Part shown: positions 1 through 11,063 of the stretch, piece after piece
Layout of the letters: every line of letters begins with the position of its first letter
Position numbering within the stretch: position 1 is the stretch's first letter
NCBI GenBank assembly: GCA_963692865.2
Contig: OY843592.1
Coordinates: 2,912,001 to 2,976,000 of the forward strand
Direction of reading: 5' to 3'
Length of the DNA: 64,000 bases
Source of the DNA: a bacterium
GTDB taxonomy: Bacteria > UBA8248
The notes under the pieces: generated by a model
Databases searched by the model: none
What the model was told of the DNA's origin: nothing
What the model saw: the letters and a program-made list of their open reading frames with translations, nothing else
Made by a program: the position numbers and the translations under genes

Positions 1-685
<685 letters not shown>

Positions 686-986
686 TCACTGCTCCCTTTA
701 AGTTTCCTCATGCGAAAAATACGTCGCCTGAAATACGAACGAATCAGAACGTCAGACTTGTTATCGGATAAAATCCGTCGAACAGCCCCCGGACGAATTC
801 GCGGGCAAAAAAGTTCATCGCGCCTTCCAGCGAACTTCACCGCCCTCTCCATATCACGTCCCCCGCTCCGACGCCAGTCCGGGGGGAGAAGATTTCTTCA
901 ACTCCCCGAAGCCTCGAAATCCGGCTGGAATTTCGGGGCCGGTTCTGTTAGGGTGGGGTTGATTTTCAGGCGGCGCAAAGCCGCCC

Positions 987-1102
987 GGAATAAGTGAAAA
1001 TTTGGATAAAATTGGATAAATTCACGATGTTTTTCGATAAATTCGGCGAGACTTGAAACATCGGGAATGTTCTCATGTAACTCGTTCAAAATCAATCAAT
1101 TA
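987..1102 (-). repeat. Phased GAATTTAT repeat array (987-1044) plus IHF-consensus site (1090-1102); copy A of an inverted pair
   Basis: Minus strand GAATTTAT-N13-GAATTTAT-CC-AATTTTAT-CC-AAATTTTCACTTATTCC; 45/58 ungapped identity to 13582-13639; AATCAATCAATTA at 1090-1102 fits WATCAANNNNTTR. Confidence 0.6.
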
Positions 1103-1127
1103 TCCTCCCCCCGACGCGTGGTTGCCC

Positions 1128-1961
1128 ATGGCCCGTCGCAGAAGACCGAAACTCGGCCAACACTTCCTGCACGAAAAGAGGTATCTATCGCAAATCATTG
1201 ATTTAGCGGATATTATGCCGGGAGAAAATGTGCTCGAAATCGGCGTCGGCGAAGGCGCTCTCACGCGCCGCCTCCTCGACGCCGGCGCCATCGTCCACGG
1301 CATCGAAATCGACGAAGCGCTCATCCCCGCACTAAGAAAGCTGAAAGATGAACACGCTCGATTTCACCTGATTCAGGGCGACGCGCTCGAAATCGATTAC
1401 GCCGTCCTCCCAGAGAAAATGAAACTGGTGGCGAACCTGCCCTATCAGGTCGCTTCGGCGATAATCTCGCAACTCACTGAAAAGATTGAGCGATTTTCCC
1501 TCATGGTATTGATGGTGCAACGCGAAGTGGGCGAGAGGCTTTGCGCGGCGCCTGGTGGCAAGGATTATGGTTCACTCACTCTTTGGGTGGGGTATCGCTA
1601 TAAGACAGAGCTATGCCAAGTGGTGCCCCCAGGCGCTTTTCGGCCGCCTCCAAAGGTCAACTCCGCGATTGTTCGTCTGCAGGCGAGGGAAAAGCCCCAA
1701 GTAGAGGTGGGAAATGAAAACCTGTATTTCCATATCATCCAGGCGGGTTTCGCGCACCGCAGAAAAACCCTACTCAATAATCTCAAGGCGTTGAATCTAT
1801 GTGATTTAACAGGTTCGAAAAGCTTCTCCTCGAACCCGAAGGTTTTGCAAAATCTTCTCGAAAGAGCAAGCATCGACCCCGAACGGCGGGCCGAGACTCT
1901 GGACGCATACGAATTCGCGAGAATCGCCCGAGCCGTGGAATCGCTCATGGGGAACAAGTAG
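1128..1961 (+). CDS. rsmA: 16S rRNA m6(2)A1518/1519 dimethyltransferase RsmA/KsgA
   Basis: LGQHFL, VLEIGVGEGALT, VANLPYQ, MVQREV, FRPPPKVNS, RRAETL motifs; start placed at ATG 1128. Confidence 0.95.
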   Translation: MARRRRPKLGQHFLHEKRYLSQIIDLADIMPGENVLEIGVGEGALTRRLLDAGAIVHGIEIDEALIPALRKLKDEHARFHLIQGDALEIDYAVLPEKMKLVANLPYQVASAIISQLTEKIERFSLMVLMVQREVGERLCAAPGGKDYGSLTLWVGYRYKTELCQVVPPGAFRPPPKVNSAIVRLQAREKPQVEVGNENLYFHIIQAGFAHRRKTLLNNLKALNLCDLTGSKSFSSNPKVLQNLLERASIDPERRAETLDAYEFARIARAVESLMGNK

Positions 1962-1964
1962 GCG

Positions 1965-2864
1965 TTGGCGGCTAAAATCTTGATTTACCGAATGGGAGCA
2001 TTCGGGGACACTCTGCTATTGGCTTTATTATTCAAACAGTTACGCACTCATTACGAAAATGCTCACATTACCCTGGCTGCAAACCCCAATTATGCCGGCC
2101 CGCTCCTCGATTCGGGACTGATCCACGAAATTCTCGACGGGGCTTCATCCCCTTTCCATCTCTTGTATAGCGGTCAACCACAAGAAAACGACGCTCTGGC
2201 TCGACTCATTGAGCGCTATGACAGGTGCATGTTCTACAGTTCAGACATTTCAGGAGAACTCGCCAAACGGCTGCACATGCATGGATGGGGCAAATACCAG
2301 ATCCATCCGCCTCTTCCACCTGCCTCGGAGGAAGTTCATATCTGCGAGTGGATGATGCGTCCATGGCCATTTTCAGGCGTACGAAAAGCCGGGAATGTGA
2401 AGCTCATTCCTTCGCAAAAAAGTTTAACTTTATCCAATAAATTGTTGCAGGAGTATGGCATCAATGATTCTGTTTTCTTCGCCCTTCATCCAGGTGGCGG
2501 CGGACGCACCAAATGGGTTCCCCTTGAAATTCTCGCTACTGTAGGGCGAGAACATGCCGATAAAACAGGCCAGCGACCCGTCGTGTTGGAGGGGCCGGCG
2601 GATTCAGTGGCGAGCAAGGAATTTCAAAAGCTTTCAGACGATTTCATTCCCATTATTCGAGATATTCCACCCAAAGTTCTAAGCGCTCTTCTTTCAAAGT
2701 CTTCCGCGTATTTCGGGGGAGATTCCGGCGTTTCTCACCTCGCATCTCTTTATGCGCCTCGATCCACGGTCACGATATTATATGGCCCAGATACCAATAT
2801 GCGGGTTTGGCGTCCCATTGGCTCTGGCACACTCTGTATTCCATGGAAAACATTGCAGGGTTAA
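1965..2864 (+). CDS. Glycosyltransferase family 9 (LPS heptosyltransferase-like)
   Basis: RMGAFGDTLL N-terminus, LHPGGGGRTKW, GGDSGVSHLAS, LYGPDT motifs. Confidence 0.85.
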   Translation: MAAKILIYRMGAFGDTLLLALLFKQLRTHYENAHITLAANPNYAGPLLDSGLIHEILDGASSPFHLLYSGQPQENDALARLIERYDRCMFYSSDISGELAKRLHMHGWGKYQIHPPLPPASEEVHICEWMMRPWPFSGVRKAGNVKLIPSQKSLTLSNKLLQEYGINDSVFFALHPGGGGRTKWVPLEILATVGREHADKTGQRPVVLEGPADSVASKEFQKLSDDFIPIIRDIPPKVLSALLSKSSAYFGGDSGVSHLASLYAPRSTVTILYGPDTNMRVWRPIGSGTLCIPWKTLQG

Positions 2865-2926
2865 GTTTATCTTTATTCTTTGAAGCATTTTGGGCGAGAG
2901 AAGCGTAACTTCGACAAAAACAAAAA

Positions 2927-3655
2927 TCAATCAATAAGGTTCGCCAGCCTGCCCCAGCGCGGGGAACCTGAATCTCCGTTCCAAGACCAATAAATCATGA
3001 AAGCGGAACCACGGATCTTATCGTCCCAACACGGCGCAGACCATAACGAGCAAGGAAAAGGCAGGCCGAAAGCATATCCCGCAATACGAATCGGTATATG
3101 ATTCACGCGCTCACCCATTTTCAAAAAACCCCAAAATCGGCTGTCCTGGCTATTGTTTCGATTATCCCCCAGCATGAATAAGTGCCCAGGCGGAACTTTC
3201 TGCGGTCCCCATTTGCTCTCAAAACCTGCAGTGGCACCATTCGGCTTAAATTGCACATATTTCTCATACAGCGTCGCACACTTTTCCGGTGTATTCGGCG
3301 TGGCGCAGTTGATAAATACTTTTTCCCCTCGAACCATTACTTCCTCACCCGGCAAAGCAATGACACGCTTGATAAAATCCCGCCGTTCATCCTTGGGAAA
3401 CCTGAACACGATAATATCCCCGCGCTTAGGCTCGCGAAACCAATATATGAATTTATTGACGAGTATGTGGTCTCCGACAAGGAGGGTATTTTCCATCGAG
3501 CCCGATGGTATCTTAAATGCCTGCACCACAAAGGTGCGAACAAACATAGCCAACAACAAAGCAATGATGATCGCTTCAGTATATTCACGAAATGTTGATT
3601 TAGATTTGCGTTTACGTTTCGTACTATTGTCCGTTGCTAAACTGACATCCGACAC
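2927..3655 (-). CDS. lepB: Signal peptidase I
   Basis: TM helix, IPSGSMENTL (Ser), DFIKRVI (Lys), GDNRNNSQDSRFWG; follows lepA. Confidence 0.95.
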   Translation of the reverse strand: MSDVSLATDNSTKRKRKSKSTFREYTEAIIIALLLAMFVRTFVVQAFKIPSGSMENTLLVGDHILVNKFIYWFREPKRGDIIVFRFPKDERRDFIKRVIALPGEEVMVRGEKVFINCATPNTPEKCATLYEKYVQFKPNGATAGFESKWGPQKVPPGHLFMLGDNRNNSQDSRFWGFLKMGERVNHIPIRIAGYAFGLPFPCSLWSAPCWDDKIRGSAFMIYWSWNGDSGSPRWGRLANLID

Positions 3656-3657
3656 GT

Positions 3658-5460
3658 TTACTCCTTGCCCACATCCAAAACAGCCATAAATGCTTCTTGA
3701 GGCACTTCTACGGTACCAATATTCTTCATGCGTTTCTTCCCTTCTCGCTGCTTTTCCAACAACTTCCGTTTCCGCGTGATGTCACCACCATAGCATTTCG
3801 AAGTCACATCTTTTCTCAGTGCTCGAATCGTCTCGCGCGCAATCACCCGGTTCCCGACTGCGGCCTGTATGATAACCTCAAACATTTGCCTTGGGATGAT
3901 TTCTTTCATTTTTTGCACCAGTGCCCGGCCATGATAGTAGGCTTTTTCTTTATGAATGATCGTAGAAAATGGGTCTATCGGCTGTCCGTTGAGCAGGACA
4001 TCCAGCTTTACCACCTCAGCCGGACGGTAATCCAAGTGCTCATAGTCGAAACTCGCGTATCCGCGAGAAACGGATTTTAATTTGTCGTAAAAATCAAAGA
4101 GAATCTCGCTAAATGGCAATTCGTAGACGATTTGTACCGTTGTCGTATCGATATATTCCATAGAACGCTGTATCCCACGCTTCTCCTGCGCTAATTTGAG
4201 AACGGCACCCACATATTCCGAGGGCACAAGAATCGTGCCTAAAATGAAAGGTTCCTCGATCGACTCAATTCTCGATAGTTCGGGTAACTTCGCTGGGCTA
4301 TCAATTTCATCCACCGTAGCATCGCTGAGCAGAACACGAAAAATCACTGTCGGAGCCGTGATGATTAGCGTCAGATCATATTCACGCTCCAGCCTCTCGC
4401 GAATAATTTCCATGTGAAGGAGACCCAAAAATCCACACCTGAAACCAAATCCCAAGGCAACCGACGTCTCAGGTTCATAGGTAAAGGCCGAATCGTTCAG
4501 CCTGAGTTTCTCGAGCGCAGTCCTTAAATCTTCATATTCGGCACTGTCTGAGGCATATAAACCGCTATATACCATCGCTTTCGGCTCCTGGAAGCCTCGG
4601 ATAGCCTCATACGCAGGGTTATTGACAACCGTAATCGTGTCCCCCACCCGGGTATCGCTCACCTCACGTATCGAAGCAGACAGAGTTCCCACTTCGCCCG
4701 GCCCAAGTTCTTTTACTTTCACTTCATGTGGCGTGAATGTGCTCAAACTCAGTACCTGATACTCCTTGCCAGTCGACATGAACCGGACGATCTCGCCCCT
4801 GCGAATAGTGCCCTCGAACATCCGGAAAAGTGGAATGGCTCCCTGGTAGGAATCATACCAAGAATCTATGACAAGTCCTTGAGCGGAGCTTTCCGGCTCT
4901 CCACTTGGAGGAGGAATCCGTTCGACGATTGCTTCAAGTAGCGAATCCACGCCTTCGCCTTGTTTCGCGCTCACCAGGAGGCATTCATCCCCATCAATTC
5001 CGATGATGTCCTCCACTTGCTTTATCACGCGCTCAGGATCGGCCGCCGGCAGATCGATTTTGTTGATCACCGGGACGATGGCTAAGTCCTGCTCTAAAGC
5101 TAGATAGGCATTCGCCATCGTTTGCGCCTGGATACCCTGCGTCGCATCGACCAACAGCAAAGCGCCCTCGCAAGCCTGAAGACTTCGGGAAACTTCATAA
5201 CTGAAATCCACATGGCCGGGCGTGTCTATAAGGTTGAAGACATATTCTTCGTCCCGAACCGATCTATAGAAAATCCGAACCGTCGCCGCCTTGATGGTAA
5301 TGCCTCGCTCCTGCTCCAAGGCCATAGAATCCAGTACCTGAGAAGACATTTCACGCTTTGAGAGCGCTCCGGTCATTTCCAGAATGCGATCCGCCAAGGT
5401 GGACTTTCCATGGTCTATATGTGCGATGATGGAAAAGTTTCTGATTCGTTCGATATCCAC
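3658..5460 (-). CDS. lepA: Elongation factor 4 (LepA)
   Basis: [41 protein letters not shown]. Confidence 0.98.
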   Translation of the reverse strand: MDIERIRNFSIIAHIDHGKSTLADRILEMTGALSKREMSSQVLDSMALEQERGITIKAATVRIFYRSVRDEEYVFNLIDTPGHVDFSYEVSRSLQACEGALLLVDATQGIQAQTMANAYLALEQDLAIVPVINKIDLPAADPERVIKQVEDIIGIDGDECLLVSAKQGEGVDSLLEAIVERIPPPSGEPESSAQGLVIDSWYDSYQGAIPLFRMFEGTIRRGEIVRFMSTGKEYQVLSLSTFTPHEVKVKELGPGEVGTLSASIREVSDTRVGDTITVVNNPAYEAIRGFQEPKAMVYSGLYASDSAEYEDLRTALEKLRLNDSAFTYEPETSVALGFGFRCGFLGLLHMEIIRERLEREYDLTLIITAPTVIFRVLLSDATVDEIDSPAKLPELSRIESIEEPFILGTILVPSEYVGAVLKLAQEKRGIQRSMEYIDTTTVQIVYELPFSEILFDFYDKLKSVSRGYASFDYEHLDYRPAEVVKLDVLLNGQPIDPFSTIIHKEKAYYHGRALVQKMKEIIPRQMFEVIIQAAVGNRVIARETIRALRKDVTSKCYGGDITRKRKLLEKQREGKKRMKNIGTVEVPQEAFMAVLDVGKE

Positions 5461-5745
5461 GATTAGAAGAAATCTCTCTGGGAAGGCGAATAGTGCAAAT
5501 GCCGGAATCGAGTGAGGCCAGTTGAAAAGCTCATGGCCGTTTCTCGATTCCCAAGCACCTGAAAAAAAGCAATCCTCAACAAACCTGCTAAATTCCCCTG
5601 TTATCGAGCGAACACGCTATATCAAACTTGTTCAACCTCGGTCAAATTGATTGCTCCCGGAAATACACGATGCTAGCATATACAAAGTGCGGTGTTTCGG
5701 ACGTTCATGCGTATTTCGGACCCAACGATTAGGGTACACTTGGCT

Positions 5746-7155
5746 ATGAGTTGCCGCAGTCTACATGTTTCTACCCACCTATTCTTATTGTTGTCCTGCT
5801 TACTATGCGCCTCACCAGTATCTGCGGCCATGTTTCACCCATTCGGTAGTCATCTCATCATTGATGCGGCCAAGAAATTACAACCTTCCGTTGTACATAT
5901 TCGTGTAAAACCAAAAGACACAGGAGGGAATCCGCTACTCAACCTCTTCGGCAGAGGACGTCAAAAAGACAACCCTCCAAAATTTGATCAGGGGAATGTG
6001 CCCTTTAGCGAGCACTACAACGTGGGATCAGGAATCATTGTCTCACAAAAAGGTCATATCTTAACCAATCACCACGTTATAAAGAACGCGCAAGAAATTA
6101 TGGTCAAACTCCATGAAGGAGAGGAATTTGCAGCCCGTTTGCTGGGTGTGGACGATAAAACAGATCTTGCATTGCTAAAAATAAAACCGACTCAAAAACT
6201 TCAAGAAGCATCTCTCGGAGATTCCGATAAAATAGATGTCGGACAGTGGGTTATAGCGATTGGCAGCCCGTTTGGCTTGGCGAATTCCGTATCGGTGGGA
6301 ATAATCAGCGCAAAAGGTCGGGATTTGAAAGAAGGTCCTTATGATGAGTATCTTCAAACCGACGCGTCGATCAACCCTGGCAACTCCGGTGGCCCACTCG
6401 CAAATACGGAAGGGGTCGTCATCGGGGTCAACACAGCGATATTTTCCAGTGGGTCACGCGCTTGGAGTTTGGGTATCGGTTTCGCTATTCCGATTAACCA
6501 AGCCAAAGCCGTTATTGATTCCCTTCGCCATACAGGCTATCCGGTACGGGGTCGTCTGGGTGCGGCCATATCAGCAGTCCCCCGGCAAGAGGGGAAGAAT
6601 CTGGGCTTAGCCCGCTTCGAGGGCGCCAAGCTCACGCAAGTTACTCGCGGGGGTCCCGCTCATCGTGCCGGCTTGCGCCGAGGAGACGTCGTTGTTGAAT
6701 TCGACGGCAAATCTGTCAGCACATGGCAGAGTCTTCCCCGCATAGTGGCCCGCACACAACCAAATTCCCTTGTGTTGATAAAATATTATCGAGAAAAACG
6801 TCTTGAGAGCGTCTACATACGCATAGGAAGCCAGCCCGAAGCGCCGCAATCACGACAGATGACAAACCATACTTTCATGGGAATGAAAGTAGAGATGCTT
6901 ACCCCGCATCTCGCCCAGCGTTTTGGGTTGATCTATGAGAAAAATAAATTGGTGGTTTCCTTGATTCTGAGAGGCGGAATCGCTGAACTCAGTGGAATCA
7001 GACCCGGCGATGAAATCCAAGAGGTAAACCACAAACCCGTAAACACTATAGAAGAGTTCCGATCCCTGATTGAGGAATCCCGCCTTGACGGTTCAGTACT
7101 CCTGTTCTTGAAAAGAAAAGAAACAAATCTTTTCGCTGCTCTTAAGACCAAGTAA
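5746..7155 (+). CDS. HtrA/DegQ periplasmic serine protease with two PDZ domains
   Basis: Signal-like N-terminus, TNHHV, TDLALLK, INPGNSGGPL, two PDZ-like regions; start uncertain (5692-5746). Confidence 0.92.
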   Translation: MSCRSLHVSTHLFLLLSCLLCASPVSAAMFHPFGSHLIIDAAKKLQPSVVHIRVKPKDTGGNPLLNLFGRGRQKDNPPKFDQGNVPFSEHYNVGSGIIVSQKGHILTNHHVIKNAQEIMVKLHEGEEFAARLLGVDDKTDLALLKIKPTQKLQEASLGDSDKIDVGQWVIAIGSPFGLANSVSVGIISAKGRDLKEGPYDEYLQTDASINPGNSGGPLANTEGVVIGVNTAIFSSGSRAWSLGIGFAIPINQAKAVIDSLRHTGYPVRGRLGAAISAVPRQEGKNLGLARFEGAKLTQVTRGGPAHRAGLRRGDVVVEFDGKSVSTWQSLPRIVARTQPNSLVLIKYYREKRLESVYIRIGSQPEAPQSRQMTNHTFMGMKVEMLTPHLAQRFGLIYEKNKLVVSLILRGGIAELSGIRPGDEIQEVNHKPVNTIEEFRSLIEESRLDGSVLLFLKRKETNLFAALKTK

Positions 7156-7248
7156 GCACTTCGCGACAACCTTGAAATGATGGATCAAAACCATCATCAT
7201 CCCAAGATTCATTTCTCCTTTTACCGAGGTTGAAGGAGACTTCAAAGA

Positions 7249-8391
7249 TTACACTCCCAACCATCGTTCATACTGTTGCAAGGCGTAACGGTCCGTCATT
7301 CCGGCGACATAATCACAAACCATTCGATGTCGTCCATCCGTTTTTTCCAGTTTGCGTACATGTTCCGGGATTTTATGTGGCTCGACGATGTACATGTGAA
7401 ATAATCCATTCAACGTTTTTCGAGCGCTTTTCTCTAATTTCATGACACGTTCGTTCTTATACATCCGCGCCATCAAGAAACGTTTGAGTTCGATGTTCTT
7501 CTCGTTCATCTCTTCATCGAAAACAACCAAATCATGCCCATTTTTTCTGACATCTAAAATATCCCGGATATTCCGAGTCATAAGGCGCTCGCATGTGGAT
7601 GTGATGATATCTTGAACTTGTGAGTTGATAATTCGGCGAATGGTGTCGTGCTTACTCTCTCGTCGGGAAGATTTGGGAAAAGATTTTTTTGAGTTTCCAT
7701 AGTGTTCACGCCAAAGGCGCGTATCCTGCAAATCTTCTAGATCGAATAGTCGTGATGACAAGCCATCGTCCAAATCGTGATTGTTGTATGCAATCTCATC
7801 CGCCACGTCTACCACCTGAGCTTCAAGGCTGGGAGAGACCCTATTCGTCAGACCCGGAGGCATCGGGCCTTCGTAGCGATGAAGGTATTTAATGATTCCT
7901 TCGCGTGTTTCCCATGTCAGGTTCAAACCCGGGAACGATGGGTAGCGCTTTTCTAAAACTTCGACGACCCGCAGGGCTTGCAAATTATGCTCAAACCCGC
8001 CGTGATCTTGCATCAGTTCATCTAAAACTTTCTCTCCGGCATGACCAAAAGGCGGATGACCCAAATCGTGCGCAAGGGCAACGGCCTCGGCAAGTTCTTC
8101 ATTCAAGCTTAGCGCACGCGCGATGGAGCGAGCGATTTGGCTTACCTCTATTGTGTGTGTCAAACGTGTCCGGTAATGATCCCCTTCATGATTCACAAAA
8201 ACCTGGGTCTTGTATTCAAGCCTCCTAAACGCCTGTGTATGGATAATCCGGTCCCGATCACGCTGAAAAGCCGTCCTCATGTCGTGTTCAGGTTCCGGGT
8301 GCCTCCGTCCGAGACTATCGGCGCTATGCGCGGCATAAGGGGCCAACAGGGACTTCTCTCTCTCCTCAATAGAAACTCGAGTGTTGTTCAT
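7249..8391 (-). CDS. dgt: dGTP triphosphohydrolase-like HD protein
   Basis: RTAFQRDRDRIIH, KTQVF, RTRLTHTIEV, HDLGHPPFGHAGE, CDYVAGMTD. Confidence 0.93.
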   Translation of the reverse strand: MNNTRVSIEEREKSLLAPYAAHSADSLGRRHPEPEHDMRTAFQRDRDRIIHTQAFRRLEYKTQVFVNHEGDHYRTRLTHTIEVSQIARSIARALSLNEELAEAVALAHDLGHPPFGHAGEKVLDELMQDHGGFEHNLQALRVVEVLEKRYPSFPGLNLTWETREGIIKYLHRYEGPMPPGLTNRVSPSLEAQVVDVADEIAYNNHDLDDGLSSRLFDLEDLQDTRLWREHYGNSKKSFPKSSRRESKHDTIRRIINSQVQDIITSTCERLMTRNIRDILDVRKNGHDLVVFDEEMNEKNIELKRFLMARMYKNERVMKLEKSARKTLNGLFHMYIVEPHKIPEHVRKLEKTDGRHRMVCDYVAGMTDRYALQQYERWLGV

Positions 8392-8412
8392 ATACTTACC
8401 AACTCTCAAAAA

Positions 8413-9348
8413 TCAGTCTGTTTCACAAACAGGCGGGATACTCGCGCGCCATGCGGCGAATAAGTAAGTCGTTGCCAGAGAAGCCCATGGATGCCACCTA
8501 TCAGCTTGCCTGCGCGCCGCTTCCTCGTCCACACGCTCTTCTCCGAAACAATAACGCGCCACAACTTTCTGTACTCCCAGATCACCGCCGGGAAATACCT
8601 CCACGCGGCCGAGCGCCCGAAACAACATTTGCTCGGCTGTCCAACGACCCACACCCCTTATCTCGGTCAAACGAGCCACCGCTTCATCTATAGGGAGAAT
8701 ACGCAGTTCGCTCTCTTCCAATCGACCCTCGAGAGCAGCGCGCGCCACGGCAATCACATATTCGGCCTTACGTTCCGAAAATTGCATCGCGCGAAAGGTG
8801 GATACGCGCGCTCTGGCCAAACGCTCCCGGCGCGGAAAAGCGTAATGCGTCTGTCCATCGATGCGCAATTTCCTCCCCCATCGCTTCACCATACGCCCCC
8901 GTATCGCGCCGGCGAACGTTAAATTCACCTGTTGCGCCGTAATCGCCGTAACAAGAGCCTCGAATACACTCAGGTATCGTATTGGTTTGAGCCCTTTGAA
9001 TTTTTTCGCAATCGGAGCCAAATTCATATCGTCTCTCGCCATCCTGTAAAATGGTCTCAAATCAAGATCAAAAGCCAAAATGTGCCTGATCGCTTCTAAA
9101 CCGGCATTTTGGGCCAATTTCGTCATCCGCCCTTCAGTGGTGATTCGAAACCGAATCGCGCCCCGGCCTTCGCCTTCATTTTCAGCTTCCAATAAGACCA
9201 ATTCACCATTCCCGTCTTCTACAACCCTGCGGTACACCCCGTCTGCGTAGGAGTTGACGAACTCCTCTCTGGAAACGCGGAAACGCAGCAAACTCTCGTG
9301 AAACAAAAAAGGCTCGGGGGGATGCAAGATTTTGGTTACAGATCCCAT
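8413..9348 (-). CDS. alkA: DNA-3-methyladenine glycosylase II (AlkA family)
   Basis: FEALVTAITAQQV, HhH motif IRGVGRWTAE, PGGDLGV, W-x-P-W C-terminus. Confidence 0.85.
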   Translation of the reverse strand: MGSVTKILHPPEPFLFHESLLRFRVSREEFVNSYADGVYRRVVEDGNGELVLLEAENEGEGRGAIRFRITTEGRMTKLAQNAGLEAIRHILAFDLDLRPFYRMARDDMNLAPIAKKFKGLKPIRYLSVFEALVTAITAQQVNLTFAGAIRGRMVKRWGRKLRIDGQTHYAFPRRERLARARVSTFRAMQFSERKAEYVIAVARAALEGRLEESELRILPIDEAVARLTEIRGVGRWTAEQMLFRALGRVEVFPGGDLGVQKVVARYCFGEERVDEEAARRQADRWHPWASLATTYLFAAWRASIPPVCETD

Positions 9349-9349
9349 A

Positions 9350-10123
9350 CTATTCCACCATCCGTCTACTCACCAAAACACAGGCGACAGCCAGGAACAA
9401 GAACGTAAAACCAAGTAGAAAAGAAAAATGCCAGATGAAATTCTCAACATGCCCATAAATAAACAAGCCGCGCGAGATTCTCACCGCATGCGTGAGCGGG
9501 AGAGCGTCGGATAAGCGTTCCACCCAAAGCGGAAGACCTTTGATCGGAAACAAAGTGCCCGCGAAGAAAAACATGGGCATGACGATGGCGGAAAAATAAA
9601 AATTGAAAAACGAAAAACTATGAGCCAACGACGTCGCAATCAGCCCCAAGGCTGCGAACATCACCGCTTCGATAAACAGAATCGGGAGAATCGCCACTGC
9701 CCACAACGATCCTACCAGGCCGAACAAACTCAAAACTACCAACATCAATGTCGAGCCAATCAATGCGCGGCTGGCGCACCAGAGAAGGTCCCCCAGCACG
9801 ATATCGCCCACCGTGAGCGGAGCCATCAACATGGATTCATACACGTTTTGAATTCTCATTCTCGAATAAGCCCCGTATGTGGACTCATACGTGGCGTTCC
9901 ACATGGCGACGGAAACCATCAACCCGGGGCCTATGAATTGCGCATATGAGATGCCGTCCAGACTCGGCACCAAGCGGCCGAGACCATAACCAAACGCCAC
10001 CAACCACAAAATATGTTCACCCAGATTGCCTGCCCATTCCGCCAGATAGAAAGAGCGATAGTACACCAGATGGCGAACCCAGACGCGAAAGGCGCGATGG
10101 CTCGGAGCCTGGGGGAAAAACAT
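9350..10123 (-). CDS. ABC-2 type exporter permease (NodJ-like)
   Basis: Six hydrophobic segments, YAQFIGPGL, PMFFFAGTLFP, LPLTHAV; ATG overlaps upstream TGA (TGATG). Confidence 0.85.
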   Translation of the reverse strand: MFFPQAPSHRAFRVWVRHLVYYRSFYLAEWAGNLGEHILWLVAFGYGLGRLVPSLDGISYAQFIGPGLMVSVAMWNATYESTYGAYSRMRIQNVYESMLMAPLTVGDIVLGDLLWCASRALIGSTLMLVVLSLFGLVGSLWAVAILPILFIEAVMFAALGLIATSLAHSFSFFNFYFSAIVMPMFFFAGTLFPIKGLPLWVERLSDALPLTHAVRISRGLFIYGHVENFIWHFSFLLGFTFLFLAVACVLVSRRMVE

Positions 10124-11049
10124 CAATCCCGAAGCTCCCGGCCAGTCAGCCTTAGAAACAAATCCTCCAGGGTGGCGGGTCTTCTTAAAAAATCCTTCCG
10201 CCCGCAAGAAATCAGATGCTCCATCACACCCGTTCCGTCGTGGCTGTACAGGTACAATATATCGGCAACGACTTCGGTGGTTACGGGGAGGCCTCGCAAC
10301 GAGTCGAGCAATTCTCCCGAAGCGCCGCCTCTCAGTTCGTACACCTCATCGCCTACTTGTTCCTGAACCAGGGTTTGCGGTGACCCCTCAAGAAGAAATT
10401 TCCCCACATCCATGATGCCGATGCGATCGCACATTTGGGCCGCCTCCTCCATATAATGCGTGGTGAGGAGGATGGTCAGACCCCGCGCCTTGAGTTCCCG
10501 GAGCCTCTGCCAGACAAGATGCCTCGCCTGCGGGTCGAGTCCCGTGGTGGGTTCATCCAGAATCAGGAATTTCGGTTCGTGAATGAGGGCGCGCGCAATG
10601 TGGAGGCGACGCTTCATTCCGCCGGACAGCGTCTTGATTCGCGAGTCCCATTTTTCGCTGAGTTGCATGAAATCGAGAAGATACTCGATTCGGGATAATG
10701 ACGCCTTCTTGGAAAGACTGAAAAATCCGGCATAGACCCAAAGATTTTCATATACGGTCAAATCCCGGTCCAGGGTATCTTCTTGCGACACGATGCCCAT
10801 CTGCGCTCGAACGAGGCGACTCTGGGTCGCCACATCTCTACCCAACACCCTCAGGGCGCCCGCATCAGGCTGAACGGCTCCATGCAGCATTTTGATTGTC
10901 GTGGTTTTGCCGGCCCCGTTCGGACCGAGAATCCCGAAACACTCCCCGGGCTTCACCTGAAGCGAGACGCCATCGACGGCTTTGAGCGTTCCGAAGGATT
11001 TTTCGATGCCTTGGGCGTCTATCACGAATTCAGACAACGAAAACTCCAC
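10123..11049 (-). CDS. ABC transporter ATP-binding protein (NodI/DrrA-like)
   Basis: GPNGAGKTT, LSGGMKRR, LILDEPTTGLDPQAR, LEDLFLRLTG. Confidence 0.92.
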   Translation of the reverse strand: MEFSLSEFVIDAQGIEKSFGTLKAVDGVSLQVKPGECFGILGPNGAGKTTTIKMLHGAVQPDAGALRVLGRDVATQSRLVRAQMGIVSQEDTLDRDLTVYENLWVYAGFFSLSKKASLSRIEYLLDFMQLSEKWDSRIKTLSGGMKRRLHIARALIHEPKFLILDEPTTGLDPQARHLVWQRLRELKARGLTILLTTHYMEEAAQMCDRIGIMDVGKFLLEGSPQTLVQEQVGDEVYELRGGASGELLDSLRGLPVTTEVVADILYLYSHDGTGVMEHLISCGRKDFLRRPATLEDLFLRLTGRELRD

Positions 11050-11063
11050 CGAACTGTTCGGCC

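Noticed and set aside
987-1102. oriC, based on DnaA-box-like TTATCCAAA/TTATCCAAT next to an IHF site
   Set aside because: No perfect TTATCCACA box and no dnaA/dnaN/gidA context; kept only as part of the inverted-array finding.
9350-11049. Nod-factor export (nodIJ)
   Set aside because: Generic ABC-2 exporter similarity; no nodABC genes.
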